DNA from: Parcubacteria group bacterium M6-OD1-4
GTDB taxonomy: Bacteria; Patescibacteriota; Patescibacteriia; Patescibacteriales; UBA12465
Assembly: GCA_003056205.1 (NCBI GenBank)
Contig: LSNS01000004.1
Location: forward strand, 188,630 to 252,629
DNA: 64,000 nucleotides
Reading direction: 5' to 3'
Shown: positions 26,057 to 34,610 of the stretch, in pieces
Layout: every line of letters begins with the position of its first letter
How positions within the stretch are numbered: position 1 is the first letter of the stretch
Made by a program: the position numbers and the translations under genes
The notes under the pieces: generated by a model
Database searches by the model: none
What the model was told of the DNA's origin: nothing
What the model saw: only the letters and a program-made list of their open reading frames with translations

Positions 26057-27925
26057 TTAAAAATTATTATTGTTGATAGTAATTTCTTCACCTTCTTGTA
26101 ATTCTCGTTCCTGGAGTTGGCCACGAGCTAAGGAATTATCAGTTTTTACAGCTCGCCCACGAAAATCTTGAGGAGTCATTTTCTTTAAATCATTTAAAGA
26201 TAACTCGGGACCAGCGGAAAGAATTTTTTTCCGTTCCTGCTCTTTAGCTAACTGACGAGTAGCTAATTCATCACGTTTTTCTTTTTTTTTCTTGCTTAAA
26301 CATTCCCGGCAATAAATCGGACGAAGACCATCGGGCTCAAAATTTACAATTGTCTCTTGCCCACAAATACTACAAACCGTTTGATAACCATGTTCAATCT
26401 TAGATTCCAAAGGTGCTCGGGTAGATAATAATTGAGGGTTATTATTTACTTTCGGATGAGAATCATTTTGGGAATTAAAATGAGGCTGAACCGAAGAATG
26501 AGGACGAGACTGGATATTAGAAGTAGATTGCGAATGAGAATTTAGGGAAGAATTCAAATTAGAATGAGACGGCGACACTCTTGACGAAGTTTTTAAATTA
26601 GTAATATTATTTTTTCTTTTAGCTAACACTTTAGTATCATCCTGATTATAATTTTCATGCCAACTCATAATCTTCTCTTCGACCGTTTCTCGATCAGAAG
26701 CATATTTTTCACGAGAATAATCAATTACTTTCTGAACATTATGAGTTTCTTGAGCTTTGCTAAATGGTGGTAAACCCAGGGCAGAAAAGGGTGTAGAAGA
26801 TATTCCATCAATCATGAGCTTTAAATACATCTCATACTTTGGTAAATTAACCAAATCTTCTTCAGTAAAAGTTGGCGTAAATTCCTTCACCAATTCCTCG
26901 GCATCAGTTGCTCCCACCCGAAAAACAACCATTGTCCCAACGTTACCAAAAACCGCTGGTTTAACTTTTTCGCTTAATTGTTCAATATACTGGTGAGCTA
27001 AAATTAAATTCAAGCGATATTTTCGAGCCTCAGATAGAATATTAGCAAAACTATCAGTAGAAAAATTTTGAAATTCATCAATATATAAATAAAAATCTCG
27101 ACGATTTTCTTCAGGAACATCTACTCGACTCATCGCTGCTAATTGAATTTTAGTAATCATCATTGCTCCTAAAAGAGCCGAATTATCCTCGCCAATTCGT
27201 CCTTTTGACAAATTCATAATTAATACCTTACCCTGATCCATAATCTCCCGAATATCAATTGAAGAGCGAACTTGCCCAATAACATTCCTCATTAAAGAAC
27301 TAGAAAGAAACTGCCCAACCTTATTTTGAATTGGAGAAACTGCTTCCGAGGCAAAACGATCGGCATAACTAGAAAACTCTTTTTCCCAAAAAGCTTTTAC
27401 TACAGGATCTTTAATATTGGCTACAACTCGTTTCCGATAATTTTTATCAGATAACATCCGAACGACCCCCAATAGAGTGGAGCCCGGGAAATCTAAAATT
27501 GCTAAAATAGCATTACGCAAGATATACTCCAAACGTGGCCCCCAAGAATCAGCCCATAATTTTTGAAAAACACCAATTAAACCTGAGGCTACTAAATGCC
27601 GTAAATGAGGCTCAACTTGTTCCACGACATTAAAAGCAATTGGATAATCAATATCCGAAGGATTAAAATACACAATATCTTTAATACGCTCGGACGGAAT
27701 GTATTTCACAATTCTTTCAGCTAAATCACCATGAGGGTCAACAACTGCCACGCCATAACCAGCTCGAATATCATTAACAATCATATTCTCCAGAACTGTT
27801 GACTTACCCATACCAGTTTTCCCAATCAAATACATATGCCGACGACGATCATCAGTTTTGATACCAAATTTTTTAAATTTGTTACGGTAAGTAGTTTGAG
27901 CAAAAACCGCAATATCTTGATTCAT
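26057..27925 (-). CDS. Soluble FtsK/HerA-superfamily ATPase of the VirD4/TraD (type IV coupling protein)-like type, with a C-terminal CxxC-x17-CxxC zinc ribbon
   Basis: Walker A is IGKTGMGKST and Walker B is LYIDEFQNF. RKYRLNLILAHQYIEQL is a coupling-protein-like segment. No TM helix is seen. A low-complexity S/N/Q linker is followed by CSIC-17 aa-CREC (nt ~26300-26374) and a K/E-rich tail. Confidence 0.65.
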   Translation of the reverse strand: MNQDIAVFAQTTYRNKFKKFGIKTDDRRRHMYLIGKTGMGKSTVLENMIVNDIRAGYGVAVVDPHGDLAERIVKYIPSERIKDIVYFNPSDIDYPIAFNVVEQVEPHLRHLVASGLIGVFQKLWADSWGPRLEYILRNAILAILDFPGSTLLGVVRMLSDKNYRKRVVANIKDPVVKAFWEKEFSSYADRFASEAVSPIQNKVGQFLSSSLMRNVIGQVRSSIDIREIMDQGKVLIMNLSKGRIGEDNSALLGAMMITKIQLAAMSRVDVPEENRRDFYLYIDEFQNFSTDSFANILSEARKYRLNLILAHQYIEQLSEKVKPAVFGNVGTMVVFRVGATDAEELVKEFTPTFTEEDLVNLPKYEMYLKLMIDGISSTPFSALGLPPFSKAQETHNVQKVIDYSREKYASDRETVEEKIMSWHENYNQDDTKVLAKRKNNITNLKTSSRVSPSHSNLNSSLNSHSQSTSNIQSRPHSSVQPHFNSQNDSHPKVNNNPQLLSTRAPLESKIEHGYQTVCSICGQETIVNFEPDGLRPIYCRECLSKKKKEKRDELATRQLAKEQERKKILSAGPELSLNDLKKMTPQDFRGRAVKTDNSLARGQLQERELQEGEEITINNNNF

Positions 27926-27948
27926 ATTTTTTGCTTAGTGGTAAAAAA

Positions 27949-28194
27949 CTATTTTAAGAAACTTCGGTAATTTTTTATAAAATCTCGAATAACTGGTGGT
28001 AAATAAATAAAACCTAAAACAATTGGGATTAAAATTAACAAAAATCTTAAAATACTCCAAATCTGCTGCCATTTAATATATTGCTTGGTTTTTTTAGAAA
28101 TAGCAAGAATCTCTTCGTTTTTTTGAAGATTTAACTTTAATAGACGCTTCAAATCATCAATATCTGAAGGTTTATTTTGATTTTCATTATCCAT
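27949..28194 (-). CDS. Small membrane protein, unknown function
   Basis: 81 aa with a charged N-terminus and one or two hydrophobic helices (IWSILRFLLILIPIVLGFIYLPPVI). Confidence 0.45.
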   Translation of the reverse strand: MDNENQNKPSDIDDLKRLLKLNLQKNEEILAISKKTKQYIKWQQIWSILRFLLILIPIVLGFIYLPPVIRDFIKNYRSFLK

Positions 28195-28202
28195 AGACTA
28201 AA

Positions 28203-28922
28203 TTACTGACGAAGCTCACAAAGATTAACATATTTCTTACCAATATTAACAAAATTTGTCATTTCTTGAGAAGTATAAGAATCGCGAGCTTGGTATTTTT
28301 TATCAACTAACGGCGTATCTGACTTAAAAGACTGTAAATACCATTTACTTGCCCCTTGGATAGCTTTCCCCATCGCAATAAAATCATCAGCATTCAATAA
28401 ACCAGGAACAACCGTCGTCCGAAATTCATAGGGTAAACCACTAGACATTATAATCTTAACACTTTTTTTTAAATTATTACAATTAATCGGAACATCAACA
28501 ACCGTTTTATATTTAGCAAAGGGAGCCTTAATGTCCATTGCTAAATAATCAATAAGTTTTTGTTGTAATAATTCTTTCAACATTACAGGATTGGTGCCAT
28601 TAGTATCTAATTTTACTAAGTATCCGAGGTCCTTAATTCTCTTAATAAAAGATGGCAAATCAGGATGTAAGGTGGGTTCACCACCAGTAATAACTACCCC
28701 TTCTAAGCGACCAAATCTTTTTTTCAAAAAAAGAAAAAGATTCTCAACTGTTAAGGGTGAATCTTTTTCTTTATTTTTATCATCCAGTCCCTGATGGGGC
28801 AGGACAAGCAAAGGGTTATAACAAAAGTGACATCGGAAATTACAACCTTGCGTAAAGATAATCGCCGCTAAATGATCGGGGTAGTCGAGAAGAGTTAACT
28901 TCTCTAAACCACCAATAATCAT
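28203..28922 (-). CDS. nrdG: Anaerobic ribonucleoside-triphosphate reductase activating protein (radical SAM)
   Basis: Radical-SAM CxxxCxxC motif (CNFRCHFCYN) and the SAM-binding segment GVVITGGEPT. It lies downstream of nrdD. Confidence 0.9.
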   Translation of the reverse strand: MIIGGLEKLTLLDYPDHLAAIIFTQGCNFRCHFCYNPLLVLPHQGLDDKNKEKDSPLTVENLFLFLKKRFGRLEGVVITGGEPTLHPDLPSFIKRIKDLGYLVKLDTNGTNPVMLKELLQQKLIDYLAMDIKAPFAKYKTVVDVPINCNNLKKSVKIIMSSGLPYEFRTTVVPGLLNADDFIAMGKAIQGASKWYLQSFKSDTPLVDKKYQARDSYTSQEMTNFVNIGKKYVNLCELRQ

Positions 28923-28940
28923 AAAATTTGAAATTAAAAA

Positions 28941-29087
28941 TTAATTATTATTTTGACAAGTTTGATAAGTCTGGCGATCAGTAAACTCGGAAGCTTTCCC
29001 AGGATTCCAGTTTTTTGTTGGTGTTAACCAACCAACAACTCGACTATAAATAATACATTCTTGTCTCTGACTTTTAATTGGGCTCAT
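28941..29087 (-). CDS. 48-aa ORF encoding the NrdD C-terminal glycyl-radical motif as a separate polypeptide
   Basis: Below the ORF-track cutoff. ATG at 29087-29085 and TAA at 28943-28941. The translation is MSPIKSQRQECIIYSRVVGWLTPTKNWNPGKASEFTDRQTYQTCQNNN. The segment YSRVVG[WY]..P...WN.GK..EF..R is the class III RNR glycyl-radical signature. Confidence 0.7.
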   Translation of the reverse strand: MSPIKSQRQECIIYSRVVGWLTPTKNWNPGKASEFTDRQTYQTCQNNN

Positions 29088-29129
29088 ATATTTGTAATTA
29101 TTAAATTAATAAATTAAATTATAAACAAA

Positions 29130-31232
29130 TTATTTTCTAACATTTTTTTCTTTAGTCACTACGGTAGTTTTATTCTCAATATTACTGATATGAACTGGAT
29201 TCTCCCCAGCTTTTTCTTTATAACCAATCTCTTCATCACACTTTGGACAATACTTATGTTCCCCAGATAGATAACCATGCTTAGGACAGATGGAAAAAGT
29301 AGGGGTAATTGTAAAATATGGTAAACGATAATTTTCCACAATCTTTTTAACTAATTTCTTGGCCGCATTACCATTTGGTAAGCGTTCACCAATGAAGCCG
29401 TGAAGAACTGTGCCACCAGTATATTTAACCTGTAAATCATCTTGTAAATCAAGAGCGGAAAAAATATCGTTAGTAAATCCTACTGGTAAATGTGATGAAT
29501 TAGTATAATAAGGAGCAGTGCCATTAGCTTTAAAGGCTTCAGTATTGGCACAAATAATTCCAGGATAAAGTTCTTGATCTTTCTTGGCAAAACGATAAGT
29601 CGTACCTTCGGCTGGGGTGGCTTCTAAATTATAAAGATTATTAGTTTCATTTTGAAAGTCCATTAAGCGCTCACGCATATAGTCTAGCACTTCTGAAGCA
29701 AATTCTCGACCCTCGGGAGTTGACACATCTTGACCGATTAAATTTACTGCTGCTTCATTCATTCCATTAATACCAATGGTAGAAAAATGATTTTGCCAAT
29801 AAGAATTAAATTTTTCTTTAATATCGCTTAAATAATAAATAGAATAAGGGTATAAACGATCTTCACTAAATTTTTCAAGAATCTTTCTTTTAATTTCTAA
29901 ACTTTCTTTCGCTAATTCCATTAATTCTAAAACCCGTTTTTTAAATTGTTCTTTGTTTTTCGATAAAAAACCAATTCGCGGTAAATTAATGGTTACTACG
30001 CCAATAGAACCAGTTAAGGGATTAGCTCCAAATAAACCACCACCACGCTTGCGCAATTCACGATTATCTAAACGTAAACGGCAACACATTGAACGAGCAT
30101 CATCACGTTTCATGTCTGAGTTCACAAAATTAGAAAAATAAGGAATACCATATTTAGCTGTCATTTCCCAAGCGGGTTTTAAGCATTCTCGATCCCAATC
30201 AAAATCTTTATCGATACAATAAGTGGGAATTGGAAAACCAAAAACTCGACCAGTAGAATCACCAGCCAACATCACTTCGGCAAAAGCTTGATTGAAAACA
30301 TCCATTTCAGCTTGAAAATCTTTATACTTTTCAGGTTGAGGTTGGCCACCAATAATTACACTTTCTTCACCAGTCATCGGTGATGGAGTAACATCTAAAG
30401 TAATATTGGTAAAAGGAGTTTGAAATCCTACCCGAGTCGGAACATTGATATTAAACATGAATTCTTGTAAACCCTGCTTAACCTCTTTATAACTTAGATG
30501 ATCATAACGAATAAATGGTGCTAAATAAGTATCAAAATTAGCAAAAGCTTGAGCACCAGCTGCTTCACCCTGCATCGTGTAAAAGAAATTAATTATTTGT
30601 CCGAGAGCACTACGAAAATGTTTTGGAGGGTTACTCTGGACCTTTTCATCAACGCCACGAAAACCACGAATTAATAAATCTTTTAAATCCCAACCACAAC
30701 AATAGGGGGCTAAAAGCCCTAAATCATGAATATGTAAATCGCAATTAATATGGGCTAAACGAATATTTTCAGGATATAATTTATCTAACCAATAGCGTGC
30801 TGAAATCGCTGAAGAGATATAATTATTCAAACCTTGAACCGAAAAGCTCATATTACTATTTTCCTTTAATCGCCAATCTGCTCGTCCTAAATAATCTTCC
30901 ATTAGCTTATCGTTGACAGTCGCCGTATTAATATTACGTAACTGACGATGCTGATCACGATATAAAATATAAGACTTAGCAATTTTAATCAATTTATTCT
31001 CAATTAAAATTCCTTCAACGATATCTTGAACTTCTTCTACGGCTGGAATACTATGTTGATGGAATTTTTTATTAAGTCGTTCTACTACTTGTTTAGTCAA
31101 CTTCTCAGCAAGTTGCCGATCATCAACTTCAACTGCTAAGCCCGCCTTATAAATGGCAGTGACGATTTTATCTTGATTAAATTCACTAACTTCGCCAGAA
31201 CGTTTAATCAACTTGCTAATGGTTTCAGACAT
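29130..31232 (-). CDS. nrdD: Anaerobic (class III) ribonucleoside-triphosphate reductase large polypeptide with an ATP-cone, lacking the glycyl-radical motif
   Basis: 700 aa with an N-terminal ATP-cone (VIKRSGEVSEFNQDKI...YILYRDQHR). The catalytic barrel has the CCRLRLD thiyl loop, and a C-terminal zinc site reads CPKH-x10-CPKC. The ORF then ends in a K/E/T-rich tail without RVxG. Confidence 0.9.
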   Translation of the reverse strand: MSETISKLIKRSGEVSEFNQDKIVTAIYKAGLAVEVDDRQLAEKLTKQVVERLNKKFHQHSIPAVEEVQDIVEGILIENKLIKIAKSYILYRDQHRQLRNINTATVNDKLMEDYLGRADWRLKENSNMSFSVQGLNNYISSAISARYWLDKLYPENIRLAHINCDLHIHDLGLLAPYCCGWDLKDLLIRGFRGVDEKVQSNPPKHFRSALGQIINFFYTMQGEAAGAQAFANFDTYLAPFIRYDHLSYKEVKQGLQEFMFNINVPTRVGFQTPFTNITLDVTPSPMTGEESVIIGGQPQPEKYKDFQAEMDVFNQAFAEVMLAGDSTGRVFGFPIPTYCIDKDFDWDRECLKPAWEMTAKYGIPYFSNFVNSDMKRDDARSMCCRLRLDNRELRKRGGGLFGANPLTGSIGVVTINLPRIGFLSKNKEQFKKRVLELMELAKESLEIKRKILEKFSEDRLYPYSIYYLSDIKEKFNSYWQNHFSTIGINGMNEAAVNLIGQDVSTPEGREFASEVLDYMRERLMDFQNETNNLYNLEATPAEGTTYRFAKKDQELYPGIICANTEAFKANGTAPYYTNSSHLPVGFTNDIFSALDLQDDLQVKYTGGTVLHGFIGERLPNGNAAKKLVKKIVENYRLPYFTITPTFSICPKHGYLSGEHKYCPKCDEEIGYKEKAGENPVHISNIENKTTVVTKEKNVRK

Positions 31233-31233
31233 A

Positions 31234-31692
31234 TTATTTTTTTTCTTTAATTAATTTATTTAATTCTTTACGAAATTCATGAGCGTCTTTGAATGATTCA
31301 TAAACCGAGGCATAACGAATATAGGCGACTGGATCAACTTTTTTTAAGTTTTTCATTACTATCTGCCCAACTTGCAAGGAGGTAATTTCACTACTTTTTA
31401 AACGTTGCAAATCCCGTTCAATGGTATGAATCAATTTTTTAAAACGATCTTTAGTAATAGCCCTTTTCTCACAAGATTTCTTCAGACCACTTACCATTTT
31501 GTCACGATTATAAGATTCTCGCCGTCCATCTCGTTTGACAATCGCTAAATCAAGTAATTCTATCTCTTCATAAGTGGAAAAACGAAAACTACACTTTAAA
31601 CATTCCCGACGACGACGAATTGAAAGACCATCCGGAGCAACTCGCGAATCAACAACCTTAGTATCATTAAAATAACAAATTGGACATTTCAT
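31234..31692 (-). CDS. nrdR: Transcriptional repressor NrdR
   Basis: It starts MKCPICYFNDTKVVDSR with a second Cys pair in CLKC (zinc ribbon), followed by an ATP-cone (VKRDGRRESYNRDK). Confidence 0.95.
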   Translation of the reverse strand: MKCPICYFNDTKVVDSRVAPDGLSIRRRRECLKCSFRFSTYEEIELLDLAIVKRDGRRESYNRDKMVSGLKKSCEKRAITKDRFKKLIHTIERDLQRLKSSEITSLQVGQIVMKNLKKVDPVAYIRYASVYESFKDAHEFRKELNKLIKEKK

Positions 31693-31695
31693 ATA

Positions 31696-31711
31696 AATCT
31701 ATATTTTGTGG
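31696..31711. promoter_or_regulatory. Candidate NrdR box 1
   Basis: aatctatattttgtgg matches 12 of 16 positions of the published NrdR-box consensus acaCwAtATaTwGtgt (from memory). It sits 4 nt upstream of the nrdR ATG. Confidence 0.5.
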
Positions 31712-31728
31712 TTATTAAGCTACTACGA

Positions 31729-31744
31729 CCACTAAATATTGTGT
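31729..31744. promoter_or_regulatory. Candidate NrdR box 2
   Basis: ccactaaatattgtgt matches 14 of 16 positions of the NrdR-box consensus. The centre-to-centre distance to box 1 is 33 bp, about three helical turns, as is typical for tandem NrdR boxes. Confidence 0.6.
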
Positions 31745-31857
31745 TACATCTCTATTTTAGCAAACTTTCAAACTGAGGTCAATTTAGCTAATCTTAAAAT
31801 AAATATTGATATTTTATAAAGTTATCCACAGTTTTTTATAAAATTAGGTTTAAAATT

Positions 31858-31889
31858 ATAAAAAATTCTCCGATTTAAATGGAGAATTT
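31858..31889 (-). terminator. Rho-independent terminator downstream of ftsZ
   Basis: A 9-bp stem (aaattctcc/ggagaattt) with a 9-nt loop. On the minus strand it is followed by a T-rich tail (GGAGAATTTTTTAT). Confidence 0.6.
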
Positions 31890-31935
31890 TAATTAACAAA
31901 TTGAAATCTTAAATAAAACCTATAGATTCTGTTTT

Positions 31936-33192
31936 CTATCCCATCTTTTTCCTAATAAATGTGGGAATACTTAAATCTTCCTCTTCTTCTGGATTAGGAA
32001 CCCCCTTCTTTCTAAATAGTGCTGGAGTCTCTAAATCTTCTTCTTGATTACGAAGCTTCTCTGCTTTTTTTTCTAAAGCGGGTTTAACAGGAATATTTTT
32101 AAAAACAGAAAATTTACCTTTATGCTTATCAACGCTCGTTCGAGAACCAGTATCTTTCTTACCAGCTTTTTCAGCAATAAAGGAATTTGGGGTATAAGCA
32201 GAAGTCATTTCTTCTTTCTGGCTTTTACCATAACCATCAAAACCAGTAGCGACAACCGTAATTTTAATCTGATCTTTCATTTTTTCATCAACAACGGCTC
32301 CAAAAATAATTTTAGCATCTTCATCGGCAGCGGAAGTAATAACTTTTGCGGCTTCACTCACTTCAGTCATACTTAAATCTGGACCACCGGTGATAGTAAA
32401 AACAATGCCTCGAGCGCCATCAATGGACATATCTAATAAATTAGAGTTAATGGCATCTTTAGCGGCCTCTACGGCCTTATTTTCGCCACTAGCTTGTCCA
32501 ATACCCATTAAAGCTGAACCGGCGTTAGACATCACCGCTTTCACATCTGCGAAGTCAGCATTAATAATACCCGGAACAGTGATAATCTCGGCAATTCCTT
32601 GGACTCCTTGTCGCAAAACATCATCAGCAGTTTTAAAAGCTTCTAATAAAGTAGTACGTTTATCAATAACCTGAAGTAATTTATCATTAGAGATGGTAAT
32701 AATAGTATCAACTTTATCAGCTAGTTCTGAGAAGGCTCGATCAGCAATACTTTTCCTTTGCCCACCTTCAAACATAAACGGCTTAGTAACCACTGCTACT
32801 GTTAAAGCTCCAACATCTTTGGCAATCTGAGCCACAATTGGTGAGGCCCCAGAGCCAGTACCTCCCCCTAAACCACAAGTCACAAAAACCATATCACAAC
32901 CTTTAATAACTTCGCGAATTTCATTTTGGGATTCTTCGGCGGCGCCTTTTCCTAAATCAGGATTCATTCCCGCGCCTAAACCCTTAGTCACTGCTTTTCC
33001 GATGTGGATTTTTTCAGTAGCTTTATTATAATGAAGAGCTTGAACATCGGTATTAATTGCGACAAAACCCACCCCTTTAATACCATTAGCAATCATCCGG
33101 TTGATAGCGCTTCCACCGCCACCACCGACACCGATGACTTTTATTTTAGCAAAAGTTTCAATTTCTGGTTTAATTTCGGCCATAGATTTCAT
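31936..33192 (-). CDS. ftsZ: Cell division GTPase FtsZ
   Basis: The tubulin signature GGGTGSG, NTDVQAL, and a C-terminal linker with conserved terminal peptides (LETPALFRKK, DLSIPTFIRKK). Confidence 0.97.
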   Translation of the reverse strand: MKSMAEIKPEIETFAKIKVIGVGGGGGSAINRMIANGIKGVGFVAINTDVQALHYNKATEKIHIGKAVTKGLGAGMNPDLGKGAAEESQNEIREVIKGCDMVFVTCGLGGGTGSGASPIVAQIAKDVGALTVAVVTKPFMFEGGQRKSIADRAFSELADKVDTIITISNDKLLQVIDKRTTLLEAFKTADDVLRQGVQGIAEIITVPGIINADFADVKAVMSNAGSALMGIGQASGENKAVEAAKDAINSNLLDMSIDGARGIVFTITGGPDLSMTEVSEAAKVITSAADEDAKIIFGAVVDEKMKDQIKITVVATGFDGYGKSQKEEMTSAYTPNSFIAEKAGKKDTGSRTSVDKHKGKFSVFKNIPVKPALEKKAEKLRNQEEDLETPALFRKKGVPNPEEEEDLSIPTFIRKKMG

Positions 33193-33222
33193 TTTAAAAA
33201 ATTAATTATATTTAAATTAAGC

Positions 33223-34482
33223 CTAACGAGGCATTATTTTATTCCAAAAAGATTTAGTTTTTTCTAATAATCCTCCTAAACTATTTTTTAAAGTATTATC
33301 AATAGTTTCACTACTATCCATATTACTGCCCCAAATAACTAAGCCGAGGGCGGTTAAAAATTCAGGATTCTTGACCTTATCAATAACAACATTAATATTG
33401 TTCGCCACGCCTAAGGCTGCTGGTAAACGAAGTTTTTTCTTAGCTTCTTCTACTAGACCATTCAATTTAGAACCACCACCAACAAAAATTACTCCCGCTG
33501 GCAACATCCCCGAGCGATCAATGCGCTTAAATTCATTATCAATTTTTTCAAAAATCTCTTCTACTCGAGCACTGATAATTTCTGCTAAATATTTTTTAGA
33601 AATCACATCAAGATCATCGTTCACTTCTTCTTCTTGGACTAATTGACTAATATCAATCTCATCTTTTTTATTAATATCTTCAACAGTCGCTGTGCCATAT
33701 TCTTGTTTGATTCTTTCCGCTAAATTAATCGGGCAACGTAAACCAATGGCAATATCAGAAGTGATATGTTCAGAACCAATTGGGAGAATAGCGGTGTGAA
33801 TTAGATTTCGTTCTTCATAAACTGCTAAAGAAACGGTAGCCGAGCCAAGATTAACGAGAGCGACACCTAAATCTTTCTGTTTATTACTCAGGACGGCTTC
33901 TGCAGAGGCTAGAGGAGCGATTACTAAATCTTCTATTTCCAAGCCCGTGCGATAAATAGCTTTCGTTAAATTCTTTATTTGCGTACTTAAACCTTGGATA
34001 ATTAAGGTTTCCACTTCCAGACGAATACCATTCATGCCGAGAGGATCTTTCACATCGCTTTGGTTATCAACTCCAAACTTAATAGGAATAACGTGGAGAA
34101 TTTCATAATTAACTGGAACCGCTAAAGCCCGAGCAGCTTCAATAGCTCGATTAACATCAGTTTCATTAATTTCTCCGTCACTCCGACTAACCGCCACAAC
34201 CCCCTTTGAACGTTCACATTTAATATAAGGGTCATTAACACTCACCCAAACTTTAGTAATTGGAATACCCACCAAGCGTTCCGCTTTTTCTAAAACCGCT
34301 GAAATCGAAGAAGTCGTATCTTCAATACTATTAACAATACCACGACTAACTCCCGCTGTGGGACCCGAGACCGCCCCAATGATTTGTAATTCATCGCCAG
34401 TCGGTCCCGAAATTTTTTGACCAACTACTAAACGAATAGCAGTTGAACCAACATCTAAACCGGCAATAATATTATCCCTCAT
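33223..34482 (-). CDS. ftsA: Cell division protein FtsA
   Basis: Actin-fold motifs (GLDVGSTAIRLVVG, VNLGSATVSLAVY, FVGGGSKLNGL). It lies immediately upstream of ftsZ. Confidence 0.93.
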   Translation of the reverse strand: MRDNIIAGLDVGSTAIRLVVGQKISGPTGDELQIIGAVSGPTAGVSRGIVNSIEDTTSSISAVLEKAERLVGIPITKVWVSVNDPYIKCERSKGVVAVSRSDGEINETDVNRAIEAARALAVPVNYEILHVIPIKFGVDNQSDVKDPLGMNGIRLEVETLIIQGLSTQIKNLTKAIYRTGLEIEDLVIAPLASAEAVLSNKQKDLGVALVNLGSATVSLAVYEERNLIHTAILPIGSEHITSDIAIGLRCPINLAERIKQEYGTATVEDINKKDEIDISQLVQEEEVNDDLDVISKKYLAEIISARVEEIFEKIDNEFKRIDRSGMLPAGVIFVGGGSKLNGLVEEAKKKLRLPAALGVANNINVVIDKVKNPEFLTALGLVIWGSNMDSSETIDNTLKNSLGGLLEKTKSFWNKIMPR

Positions 34483-34610
34483 AAAAATTTATACTCTCGC
34501 TTAGTTAAAAAACTAAACAAGCGATAATAAACAAATAAATTAAAAATAAACATTTTCAATGATTACTTCTATTATACAAAATTTCTAAAAATATAACAAT
34601 TCCTCAGGGC

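Noticed and set aside
29088-29129. The interruption of nrdD as a group I intron (as in phage T4 nrdD) or an intein.
   Set aside because: The spacer is only 42 nt, and at most ~160 nt if the atypical tail and head residues are counted. It is AT-rich without conserved intron helices. There are no intein splice motifs, and the downstream piece has its own ATG.
31822-31830. Perfect DnaA box TTATCCACA as evidence for a replication origin.
   Set aside because: I found no cluster of boxes and no adjacent dnaA or dnaN. The chance expectation for one 9-mer in 64 kb on both strands is of order one. It is kept only as a minor note under the NrdR finding.
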